From a bacterium (lineage in GTDB: Bacteria; Patescibacteriota; Minisyncoccia; Minisyncoccales; JAGLPU01), in assembly GCA_030635055.1 (NCBI GenBank), contig DAOVZN010000001.1, positions 18,837 through 82,836 on the forward strand: a stretch of DNA of 64,000 bases. The letters are read 5' to 3'. Both the position numbers and the translations under genes were made by a program. Below the pieces are notes generated by a model, which worked only from the letters and a program-made list of their open reading frames with translations, did not search any database and was not told where the DNA came from. The stretch's first letter is position 1. Each line of letters starts with the position of its first letter. Positions 18,057-26,234 of this stretch are shown piece after piece.

Positions 18057-19625
18057 AAACTAATTAAAGATAAAGCAAAAACTGTGGAGGATTTGGCATT
18101 GGCAAAAAGAAGAGTGGCTAAAGAGCTAAACTCCTCTCTTCCCACTAATGTAAAACTTTTAGCAGTATATCACAATTTGCTCCGGGAAAAAAGAATTACC
18201 AAGTCTGAAACTTTAGAAAAGCTTCTAATTAAAAGGGGCATTCGCAGCCTTTCTGGAGTAATAGTGGTTTCAGTATTAACCAAACCCTATTCTTGTCCGG
18301 GAAAATGCATTTACTGCCCTACCGAAAAAGGAATACCGAAAAGTTATTTGTCGGGAGAACCGGCAGTAGAAAGAGCCAAAGCGTTAAAATACGATCCTTA
18401 TCTACAAACCAAAACAAGAATAGACAGCTTATCAAAACAGGGGCACCCGATTGATAAAGTTGAACTGAGAATTATTGGCGCCACATGGAGTTCCTACCCT
18501 AAACAATATCAAGTCTGGTTTATAAAAGAATGCTTTAGGGCGGCCAATGAATTCTTGGCCGATAAAAAACAGCCCAGTAGTAAAAAAACCAGCTGGCCCG
18601 AGCTTAAAAGAGAACAGAGAAAGAACGAAAAAACCAAATGCCGTCTTGTGGGTATTAGCATAGAAACTCGGCCGGATTCAGTTGATCTGAAAGAGATCAT
18701 CAACTTAAGAAAATTGGGTGTAACCATGGTTGAAATCGGCGTACAAACCATCTTTGACGATATTTTGGAAAAATGCAAAAGAGGGCATCTGGTGGAAGAA
18801 ACAATAGCTGCCACTAAACTTCTTAAAAATGCCGGCTTTAAAGTAATGTACCAAATGATGCCCAATCTTCCCGGCTCCAGCTTAAAAAGAGATCTTACTT
18901 GTTTCAAATCTCTTTTTAACGACTCTAAGCTTAAACCCGACTGGCTGAAAATTTATCCTTGCCTGGTCTGCAAGGGCTCGGAGCTTTATGAACTTTGGAA
19001 ACAAAAAAAATATCATCCCTACACAGACAAAGAATTGACTGAGCTTTTGATCGCAATTAAAAAAATCATTCCTTACTGGGTAAGGCTCAGTAGATTAATA
19101 AGAGACATCCCTGCATTTCAAATTGAAGCCGGCTGCAAAATTTCAAATCTAAGAGAAATAATTCAGAAAAAATTCAAAGAAAAAGGAATAAGATGCAACT
19201 GCATAAGATGCCGGGAAGTGAGAGAAAGATACAACCCCAAGGAAAAAATTGAACTTCATAGAGAAGACTATGATGCCTCCGAAGGCAAAGAAATATTCTT
19301 GAGCTTTGAAAATAAGGAGAAAACAAAACTTTTTGCCTATTTAAGGTTAAGAATTTCTTCTAATCTGTTGCCAGTGTTAAAAAACGCTGCTCTTGTCAGA
19401 GAACTACATACCTTTGGACAAATGGTGCCGGTAGGCAAAAAAGCTTGCCTAGCACAACACAAAGGACTGGGCAAAAAATTGCTCAAAGAAGCGGAAAAGA
19501 TAAGCAGAAAAGAATTCAAACTAAATAAAATTGCCGTGATTTCCGGCATTGGCGCAAGAGATTATTTTCGCAAAACAGACTATCGCCTAAAAGACAATTA
19601 CATGGTGAAAACTCTACCTTTTTAA
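18030..19625 (+). CDS. elp3: Elp3-like radical SAM / GNAT acetyltransferase (tRNA U34 cm5 modification family)
   Basis: 531 aa. Radical-SAM cysteine cluster CPGKCIYCP, a TIM-barrel region, and a C-terminal GNAT segment VRELHTFGQMVPVG...AQHKGLGKKLLKEAEKIS. Confidence 0.8.
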   Translation: MQTAQAIIQKLIKDKAKTVEDLALAKRRVAKELNSSLPTNVKLLAVYHNLLREKRITKSETLEKLLIKRGIRSLSGVIVVSVLTKPYSCPGKCIYCPTEKGIPKSYLSGEPAVERAKALKYDPYLQTKTRIDSLSKQGHPIDKVELRIIGATWSSYPKQYQVWFIKECFRAANEFLADKKQPSSKKTSWPELKREQRKNEKTKCRLVGISIETRPDSVDLKEIINLRKLGVTMVEIGVQTIFDDILEKCKRGHLVEETIAATKLLKNAGFKVMYQMMPNLPGSSLKRDLTCFKSLFNDSKLKPDWLKIYPCLVCKGSELYELWKQKKYHPYTDKELTELLIAIKKIIPYWVRLSRLIRDIPAFQIEAGCKISNLREIIQKKFKEKGIRCNCIRCREVRERYNPKEKIELHREDYDASEGKEIFLSFENKEKTKLFAYLRLRISSNLLPVLKNAALVRELHTFGQMVPVGKKACLAQHKGLGKKLLKEAEKISRKEFKLNKIAVISGIGARDYFRKTDYRLKDNYMVKTLPF

Positions 19626-19676
19626 AATTTTTTGCTATACTCTAATAAAGATTAATATTAATTTAAATATAAAAAT

Positions 19677-20435
19677 ATGGAACCTATACTACTTATCTTA
19701 ATTTTCTTATTTATAGTTTTTGGATTAGGCGGACTAAGAGTGGTTAATCAATACGAAAGAGGAGTGATTCTTACTTTAGGTAAATACACCGGCACTTATG
19801 AGCCGGGGCTGCGCTGGATATTTATCGGCATTCAAAACATAATCAAAGTCGATATTAGAATTACCACTATTGATATCCCACGTCAGGAAGCAATCACTAT
19901 GGACAATGTTCCGGTAGGCATCAATGCTGTTGTTTATTTCAAAGTATTAAAAGCAGAAGACGCAATATTAAAAGTAGAAAACTATTCTTACGCTGTTTCC
20001 CAGTATGCCTTAGCTGCTTTGCGTGACATTATCGGAGGAGTAGAACTGGATACTCTTTTGGCAGAAAGAGAAAAAATAGCCGTTGACATTAAAAAAGTCG
20101 TTGACGAAGAAACCGATGCTTGGGGAATTGATGTTACAGCAATAAAAATACAAGATGTAGAACTCCCGGCCGGGATGAAAAGAGCTATGGCTGCTCAAGC
20201 TGAAAGTGAAAGAGAAAAAAGAGCGATTATTATTAAGGCCGGAGGCGAGGTAAAGGCGGCGGAAAATCTGCAAAGAGCGGCGGAAATTTTAGGAGCTACC
20301 CCAGGAGGTTTGTCTTTAAGAACTTTGGGAACAATAGAGAAACTCCAACCAGACCCTTCAAAGACAGTGATATTCGCTTTACCAGTAGAGGTTTTAGAAG
20401 GATTAAAATCTTTAACAAGTAGCAAGAAAGTTTAG
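19677..20435 (+). CDS. SPFH/band 7 (stomatin-like) protein
   Basis: N-terminal TM, then VNQYERGVILTLGKY... and the ALRDIIG..ELDTLLAEREKI pattern typical of stomatin/HflC-like proteins. Confidence 0.85.
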   Translation: MEPILLILIFLFIVFGLGGLRVVNQYERGVILTLGKYTGTYEPGLRWIFIGIQNIIKVDIRITTIDIPRQEAITMDNVPVGINAVVYFKVLKAEDAILKVENYSYAVSQYALAALRDIIGGVELDTLLAEREKIAVDIKKVVDEETDAWGIDVTAIKIQDVELPAGMKRAMAAQAESEREKRAIIIKAGGEVKAAENLQRAAEILGATPGGLSLRTLGTIEKLQPDPSKTVIFALPVEVLEGLKSLTSSKKV

Positions 20436-20448
20436 AGAAAATTATTGA

Positions 20449-20478
20449 CCTCGCCCCGCTTAGCGGGGCGAGGTTTTT
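20449..20478 (+). terminator. intrinsic terminator
   Basis: CCTCGCCCCG-CTTAG-CGGGGCGAGG (20449-20473) followed by TTTTT. Confidence 0.7.
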
Positions 20479-20480
20479 GA

Positions 20481-21263
20481 TTATCTAATTTGTTGTAAAA
20501 ACTTTTTAGCCAGTTCTGCTGTGTTGGCGGTGCCGTTATAAAATGATTTCCAGACAACAACAATGTCAGCATCATTAAAAATAGCCCGTTGAACTTCCTG
20601 AAAGTCATCCCCTCCGGCAACAGCAATCATAATATCATAGCTGTTTTTAATTCTTTGAATTTCGTGAAAAGGAATTTCTTTTTCAATGTTATCCGATTCT
20701 TCGTCAACCCCCCGGTGCAAAATTACAACCTGCGGAAGTTTTTTTAATTGGCGCAAAACAGACAAAGGAAATTCAACATTCATCATGTCTATCATTGCTT
20801 CCAAATTATATGCTCCGCATTTTTGAATAAAAGCGTTCAGGGTTTCAATGGGAGCCTGGCCCAAAGCGGTAACAGCGTTAGCTCCTCCTTCTTTGGCAAT
20901 CTCCACTTCTCTCGCTCCCCTGTCCATACACTTTAAGTCAGCAACAATATAGGGAGCAAAAACTGTTTCTTTGTTTTCTTGCAGCTTTTTTTTCTGAACA
21001 TCAGCTAATTTTCCTGCCAATAAGGGCATCAAAATCCCCGCTAAAGAAGAATCTTTCACTTCCGGAATATTATATCCAAAAAGTCTCTGCTCCCACCATG
21101 ACCTTATATTCCTAATTCCTCTTACTCCGTAATTCTTTATCAAAGGAGTTCCGGCCTCAATAATAATTCTTTTATCCAAAGGAATTTGGCCAATAATATT
21201 CTGTGCCTCGGTTAGGGTGCTGTTTAAAGCAATTTGGAGATAGCGCTGTTTTTTATCTAGCAT
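20481..21263 (-). CDS. 3-hexulose-6-phosphate synthase-like protein (OMP decarboxylase suprafamily) with an internal insertion
   Basis: YLQIALNS...IIIEAGTPLIKNYG, ADLKCMDRG (the D-x-K-x-x-D signature), VTALG, HRGVDE and AVAGG follow the HPS/KGPDC pattern. About 50 extra residues follow the first strand-helix. Confidence 0.55.
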   Translation of the reverse strand: MLDKKQRYLQIALNSTLTEAQNIIGQIPLDKRIIIEAGTPLIKNYGVRGIRNIRSWWEQRLFGYNIPEVKDSSLAGILMPLLAGKLADVQKKKLQENKETVFAPYIVADLKCMDRGAREVEIAKEGGANAVTALGQAPIETLNAFIQKCGAYNLEAMIDMMNVEFPLSVLRQLKKLPQVVILHRGVDEESDNIEKEIPFHEIQRIKNSYDIMIAVAGGDDFQEVQRAIFNDADIVVVWKSFYNGTANTAELAKKFLQQIR

Positions 21264-21275
21264 ACTTAAAGTATA

Positions 21276-22148
21276 TCAAATAATTAAAGTAATCAAAAAC
21301 CCTATTAAAGAAGATAAAGCGATGGGAGGCAAGGCAGGTATAGGCTTTCTATTTTCCTGCCTGATAAAAAGCCAAAAACTGGCCAAGAGCCCTATTAAAG
21401 AAAAAACCGCAACGATTAAAGAATTATTTATTCCCTGCGGAAGCAGAGAAATACAAAAAATCATCGGAAAAACAACATCACCTCCTCCTAAAATTAAAAA
21501 TTCTCTTTTAACGGCTTGAGAATCAGTTCTTACTTTTTCCAGCTGCGCTCCGAAATCGGAAATCTTTTGCGGAATAATTAAGGCCAGAATAGCCTTATGT
21601 TCTATCATTTCTCTAGCCATCTTCACCATGTGTTTTGTCTTATAAACAGCAATGAAATCATATATTGAAAAAAGCACCAATAGCCATACTATCGCATAAG
21701 GGTCAAGGGTTAAACCTAAAATAACTCCTGCTCCAACTAAGCCTAAAATAAGGCAGATATTATGGTTTAAAACTAAAGGCTGTTTATGCCACCAAAAAAC
21801 CAATAACCCCATTAAAACCATTGCTGGCAAAGAACTGAGCCACAAATTAAGAGTAAGAGTTCCTCCCCACCAGACAGTCAAGACAAAAAGACTTTTATAA
21901 ACTATTTTCTTCTTTTTTCTTTGTTTTATTATAAAAAGAATAAAAAAAAGAACAGAGACAGCCAAAATAAACTGCAGAATAAACTGTCCTAAAGAAACCT
22001 GCGGTAAAGAAATAATTTCCTTTTCTGAAAATTCATTCACTCTTAAACCGGCGATTAAACCCAATCCCAAAGTAAGAGAAAATAAAAAAACTTCTCCTAA
22101 AAGAATTCTCCAGGGAACTATTCTTTGAGTTGTTGCGCTGTTTTGCAT
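21276..22148 (-). CDS. presenilin / signal-peptide-peptidase-like intramembrane aspartyl protease (A22 family-like)
   Basis: 290 aa with about 9 TM. The three signature motifs occur in the right order: YD (SIYDFIAVY), GxGD (LGGGDVVFP) and PAL (PIPALPP). Confidence 0.65.
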   Translation of the reverse strand: MQNSATTQRIVPWRILLGEVFLFSLTLGLGLIAGLRVNEFSEKEIISLPQVSLGQFILQFILAVSVLFFILFIIKQRKKKKIVYKSLFVLTVWWGGTLTLNLWLSSLPAMVLMGLLVFWWHKQPLVLNHNICLILGLVGAGVILGLTLDPYAIVWLLVLFSIYDFIAVYKTKHMVKMAREMIEHKAILALIIPQKISDFGAQLEKVRTDSQAVKREFLILGGGDVVFPMIFCISLLPQGINNSLIVAVFSLIGLLASFWLFIRQENRKPIPALPPIALSSLIGFLITLII

Positions 22149-22304
22149 TTTTAAGCCTTGTTCTTTTCAAACAATTCAGCTATCTTCTTCTCTTGTTTTT
22201 TTAAACTAAGTACCTCCCGCCGTATCCGAGCTTTTTGTCGGCAAATATATTTGCGCAAACCTTTAGGAATTTTTTGTCTGTCCATTTTTATTCAATATTA
22301 ATTA

Positions 22305-23552
22305 TCAGCGCAATAATGATTTTCTGACAATCTCCCTGTCATCCCAAGAAATTTTCTTTCCGTTGGCGATACACATCCATGGTTCGCATCCTTTGCCAGT
22401 AATAATCACAGTGTCTTTTGGCTGGGCCAAGCTTAACGCTTTTTTAATTGCCTGCTCTCTGTCTAAGACTTCATATAAATCAGAATTATGAATTCCTGCT
22501 TTCACTTCCTGTAAAATCTGCTCAGGATTTTCGTCATAGGGATCTTCATTAGCAAGAACAATCTTATCGCAGTAGTTGGCCGCTATCTTCCCCATTTCCG
22601 GTCTCTTCCACTTATCCCTTCCTCCTCCCGCAGAACCCAAAAGACAAATTAGATTGCCGTCACTAAAGCTCTTGATAGATTTATATACTTTTTCCAAGCT
22701 GTCAGGAGTATGGGCATAGTCAACAATAACTGACGGCTCCTTAGCTACTACTTCCATCCTGCCAGGAACACCAACTGTTTTTTCTAAAACTCGTTTGCAA
22801 ATTTCCAAACTGACTCCTTGAGACAAGCCAATGCAAATTGCTGTTAAGGCGTTATAAACATTGAAGCTGCCTAACAGCTTCATATCAAATAAAACATTAT
22901 TAGCTGTGAAGTTTATGCCTGTAGAAAAAAGACTAACATTGGTTGCTCCAACATATTTCAATCCCTGCTTTTTTAATTCTTTCAACCCATAGCTATATTT
23001 TTTATTAGCTGAAAAACTAAGAAAATATTCTGCATTGTCGTCATCTGTGTTCAGAATATGTATTCCCTTAGTCGCGGCAAATAGTTTTCCTTTTGCCTGC
23101 CGGTATTTTTTAAAACTGCCATGGGATTCAATATGTTCTCGAGTAAGATTAGTAAACACTGCCGTGTCTAAATCAATAAACCTATGGCGATGTTGCTTAA
23201 TCCCCTCTGAGGTTACCTCTAATATTAGACACTTGCAGTCGGCATCAACTGCCCGTCTGATGAACTTTTGCAGCTTAAAGCGACCGGGCATAGTCATCTT
23301 CAATGTATTTGGCCATTCTTGATTGCCAATCTTAAATCTAATTGAAGAAACAGAAGCAACTTTAAACCCAGCTTCTGTTAAAATTTCACTTGCCAAGTGC
23401 GTAACTGTTGATTTGCCGTTCGTTCCAGTAATGCCGATCACGGTTATTTTCTTAGCTGGAAAACGATAGAAAGTAGCTCCTAATAACGATAACAAAAAAT
23501 GGTACCAACTAAGTAAAAACGGAGGAATAAATTTTCTTAATAATCCTAACAT
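22305..23552 (-). CDS. murE: Mur ligase, MurE-like (UDP-MurNAc-tripeptide synthetase) with hydrophobic N-terminus
   Basis: ATP-binding GITGTNGKST, DYAHTPDSL, GSAGGGRDKWKRPEMG and NEDPYDENP follow the MurE pattern. Amino acid specificity cannot be told. Confidence 0.7.
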   Translation of the reverse strand: MLGLLRKFIPPFLLSWYHFLLSLLGATFYRFPAKKITVIGITGTNGKSTVTHLASEILTEAGFKVASVSSIRFKIGNQEWPNTLKMTMPGRFKLQKFIRRAVDADCKCLILEVTSEGIKQHRHRFIDLDTAVFTNLTREHIESHGSFKKYRQAKGKLFAATKGIHILNTDDDNAEYFLSFSANKKYSYGLKELKKQGLKYVGATNVSLFSTGINFTANNVLFDMKLLGSFNVYNALTAICIGLSQGVSLEICKRVLEKTVGVPGRMEVVAKEPSVIVDYAHTPDSLEKVYKSIKSFSDGNLICLLGSAGGGRDKWKRPEMGKIAANYCDKIVLANEDPYDENPEQILQEVKAGIHNSDLYEVLDREQAIKKALSLAQPKDTVIITGKGCEPWMCIANGKKISWDDREIVRKSLLR

Positions 23553-23582
23553 CTTCTTTATGATATCTTATAATGCGCAAAT

Positions 23583-23603
23583 AAAAAAGAGGCTTTCTGC
23601 CTC
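23583..23603 (-). terminator. putative intrinsic terminator after the response regulator gene
   Basis: On the minus strand, GAGGC-AGAAA-GCCTC is followed by TTTTTTATTT. Confidence 0.5.
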
Positions 23604-23630
23604 CTGATTACGACCCTCAACAAGAAGCCC

Positions 23631-23993
23631 TTATAAATACTTATTAACATAGCCTACTAGTTCGGCGGGAGTAATGTTAGTTTTGATCAAATAAGCCTTA
23701 ACGCCGCATTTTTCTGCTTGCTTCCGGGAATCAGGATCGTCATAATTAGAAAAAACAATTACCGGAATAGAAGAAATTTTAGGATTATTTTTTTGCTGCT
23801 TTAAGAAAAAAATACCATTTTCTTTAGGCAACAAGACATCAAGAATTACCATGTCTATTTCTTCTTTTTCAATAAGCTCTAATCCCTGTTCAGCGCTGGA
23901 AGCTGAAATTACTTCGAAACCAGCATGAACAAGCTTTTCCTTGTACATCTCTTTTAAAAGTTTTTCATCTTCTACCAATAGAATCTTTTTCAT
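23631..23993 (-). CDS. single-domain response regulator (receiver only)
   Basis: 120 aa. ILLVEDE..., phospho-acceptor context MVILDVLLP, and a conserved K (KAYLIKT). Confidence 0.85.
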   Translation of the reverse strand: MKKILLVEDEKLLKEMYKEKLVHAGFEVISASSAEQGLELIEKEEIDMVILDVLLPKENGIFFLKQQKNNPKISSIPVIVFSNYDDPDSRKQAEKCGVKAYLIKTNITPAELVGYVNKYL

Positions 23994-24045
23994 AAATCAG
24001 TTCCTCCTCTTTTATTTTAATATAAATAAAAAAAATGGCAAGGAT

Positions 24046-26190
24046 TTACTCCGGCCATTTTTCAACAATAAGAGCCTTCTTTTCTTTCAACGGAAGTGAT
24101 TGATAAATCTCTTCTGTGATAAAGGGCATAAACGGATGTAGAATTTTTAAAGAAGTTGCCAAGACATATATTAGAATTTTTCTGGTGTTCTCTGCCTCTT
24201 TGGCCGATTTCGGCTCTTTGATTTGGTTCTTAGCTTCTTCAATATATAAATCACAAAATTGATGCCAGAAAAAATGATAAATTTCCTGAATCGCGGTTCC
24301 AAAAGATAGCTTTGCTAAGTTAGTATCTATTTTTTTTATTGTTTTTTCCAGCTCGTTTAAAATCTTCTTATCTTCTTTAGTTATAGGGCTTGGTTTTATG
24401 ATTATATCAAATTTTTCATCACCAAGCTGCTGCATAACGAACTTAGATGCATTCCAAATCTTATTACAGAACTTTTTGCCAGCCAGCATATTCTCCTCCC
24501 CAAATCTTATATCCTGCAGTTCCGTAATCTGCCAAGATAAGCCAAACCTGGTCGCGTCAGACCCGTATCTCTCAATTAAATTCATTGGATTAATCCCTGT
24601 TCCTAAAGATTTTGACATTCTCCTACCGTCTTTAGTCATAATCGTGGCATGGATTATTATTTTTTTGAAAGGAACCTCTTTTAATAATTCCAGAGAAGAA
24701 AATATCATTCTAACCACCCAGAAATTAATAATATCCCTGGCAGTACAAATTATATCGGTAGGATAAAATTGTTCTAGATCTTTTGTTTTCTTTGGCCATC
24801 CCAAAGTGGCGAAAGGCCACAAAGCGGCGGAAAACCAAGTATCGAAAACGTCTTCTGATTGTTTTGGCTGGCATTTTTTGCAGATAGAACATTCTTTCGG
24901 AGTTTCGATAGAAACAAAGTGAGCTTCTTTATTTGTTTGGCAAAACCACACCGGCAATCTGTGTCCCCACCAAATTTGGCGGGAAATACACCAATCCTGA
25001 ATATTTTTCAGCCATGTGAAATATCCTTTTTCCCATCTTTTTGCCGTGAACACTATTTCCTTTTTTTTCACAGCATCTGTAGATAATTTGGCTAATTTAT
25101 CCATTTTCACAAACCATTGCCAGGAAGGAATAATTTCAATCGTTGTGTTGCAACGGTAGCACTTAGGAATTTGATGGGTGTAATCAATAACTTTCTCTAA
25201 AACGTCTAATTTTTCCAATTCAGCAACCACTTTTTCTCTGGCTACTTTAGCCTTAAGCCCTTGATAAGCTGAAGAAACATTGTCCATGCGACCATTTTCA
25301 TCAATGATCTGCATTACTTCCAGCTTATGCCTTAATGAAATTTGGTAATCTCCCATATCGTGCGCAGGAGTAACTTTTACCGCTCCGGTGCCAAATTCAA
25401 GATCAACGAAATCATCAGCCACAATAGGGATTTCCCTATTAACAATTGGTAAAATTATTGTTTTGCCAATAAGTTTTTTGTACCTTTTGTCTTTGGGATT
25501 TACCGCCACTGCCATATCGCCCAACATTGTTTCCGGCCTTGTCGTTGCTACTTCAATATATCCATCTTCGTCTTTTAGTTTGTATTTTATAAACCAAAGT
25601 TTGCCTTTTTCCTCTTTGTATTCAAGTTCTAGATCAGACAAACTTGTCTGGCACCTCGGACACCAGTTTACCGCCCTCTTCCCTCTATAAACTAATCCCT
25701 TGTCGTAGTAATGGAGAAAAGACTGCTGGACGGCTTCCGTATAACCTTCATCCATTGTAAATCTTGTTCTGGACCAATCGCAGGAAGTCCCCAGCGATTC
25801 TATTTGTTTTAGGATCATACTTCCATACTCTTTTTTCCATTCCCAAACTTTTTTAATAAATTCATCTCTTCCTAGATCAAATCTTGTTTTGCCTTCTTTT
25901 TTAAGCTTTTTTTCCACTACATTTTGAGTGGCAATGCCGGCATGGTCAGTCCCAGGCAATAAAAGAGTTTTAAACCCCTGCATTCTTTTCCATCTTATTA
26001 GAATATCCTGAATGGTAAAGTTCAATGCATGTCCCATGTGAAGCACTCCCGTGACATTTGGTGGTGGCGTGGCAATAGAGAAAGAACCTTTCTTACTTTC
26101 AGAAAGATTGTCCGGATTGAAAAAGCCTCCTTTCTTCCAAAATTGATAAATCTTTTCTTCAATATTTTTAGCTTGATATTGCTTATCCAT
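24046..26190 (-). CDS. valS: valine--tRNA ligase (short form, no long C-terminal coiled coil)
   Basis: PPPNVTGVLHMGH (HIGH), KMSKSLGT, and a CP1 editing-domain-like region (TRPETMLGD, AVKVTPAHD). 714 aa. Confidence 0.92.
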   Translation of the reverse strand: MDKQYQAKNIEEKIYQFWKKGGFFNPDNLSESKKGSFSIATPPPNVTGVLHMGHALNFTIQDILIRWKRMQGFKTLLLPGTDHAGIATQNVVEKKLKKEGKTRFDLGRDEFIKKVWEWKKEYGSMILKQIESLGTSCDWSRTRFTMDEGYTEAVQQSFLHYYDKGLVYRGKRAVNWCPRCQTSLSDLELEYKEEKGKLWFIKYKLKDEDGYIEVATTRPETMLGDMAVAVNPKDKRYKKLIGKTIILPIVNREIPIVADDFVDLEFGTGAVKVTPAHDMGDYQISLRHKLEVMQIIDENGRMDNVSSAYQGLKAKVAREKVVAELEKLDVLEKVIDYTHQIPKCYRCNTTIEIIPSWQWFVKMDKLAKLSTDAVKKKEIVFTAKRWEKGYFTWLKNIQDWCISRQIWWGHRLPVWFCQTNKEAHFVSIETPKECSICKKCQPKQSEDVFDTWFSAALWPFATLGWPKKTKDLEQFYPTDIICTARDIINFWVVRMIFSSLELLKEVPFKKIIIHATIMTKDGRRMSKSLGTGINPMNLIERYGSDATRFGLSWQITELQDIRFGEENMLAGKKFCNKIWNASKFVMQQLGDEKFDIIIKPSPITKEDKKILNELEKTIKKIDTNLAKLSFGTAIQEIYHFFWHQFCDLYIEEAKNQIKEPKSAKEAENTRKILIYVLATSLKILHPFMPFITEEIYQSLPLKEKKALIVEKWPE

Positions 26191-26199
26191 AGTATTGTT

Positions 26200-26228
26200 A
26201 TATTATCAGCAAGAAAGTTCTGTGTAAA
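26200..26228 (-). promoter_or_regulatory. sigma70-like promoter of valS (TTTACA-17-TAATAT)
   Basis: On the minus strand, -35 TTTACA is at 26223-26228 and -10 TAATAT at 26200-26205, with a 17-nt spacer. Only 9 nt separate the -10 from the ATG. Confidence 0.45.
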
Positions 26229-26234
26229 GAAAAT

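Noticed and set aside
22151-22284. Small ORFs in the 156-bp spacer upstream of the presenilin-like gene: ATG-started 27 codons (MDRQKIPKVCANIF...) and an overlapping TTG-started 35 codons (MRKYICRQKARIRREVLSLKKQEKKIAELFEKNKA, 22151-22258).
   Set aside because: The basic helical peptide looks protein-like and could join the ATG frame with a 1-nt shift. As it stands it needs a TTG start right after an in-frame stop, and there is no SD or homology I can verify. A small basic protein, or a frameshifted one, is possible but unsupported.
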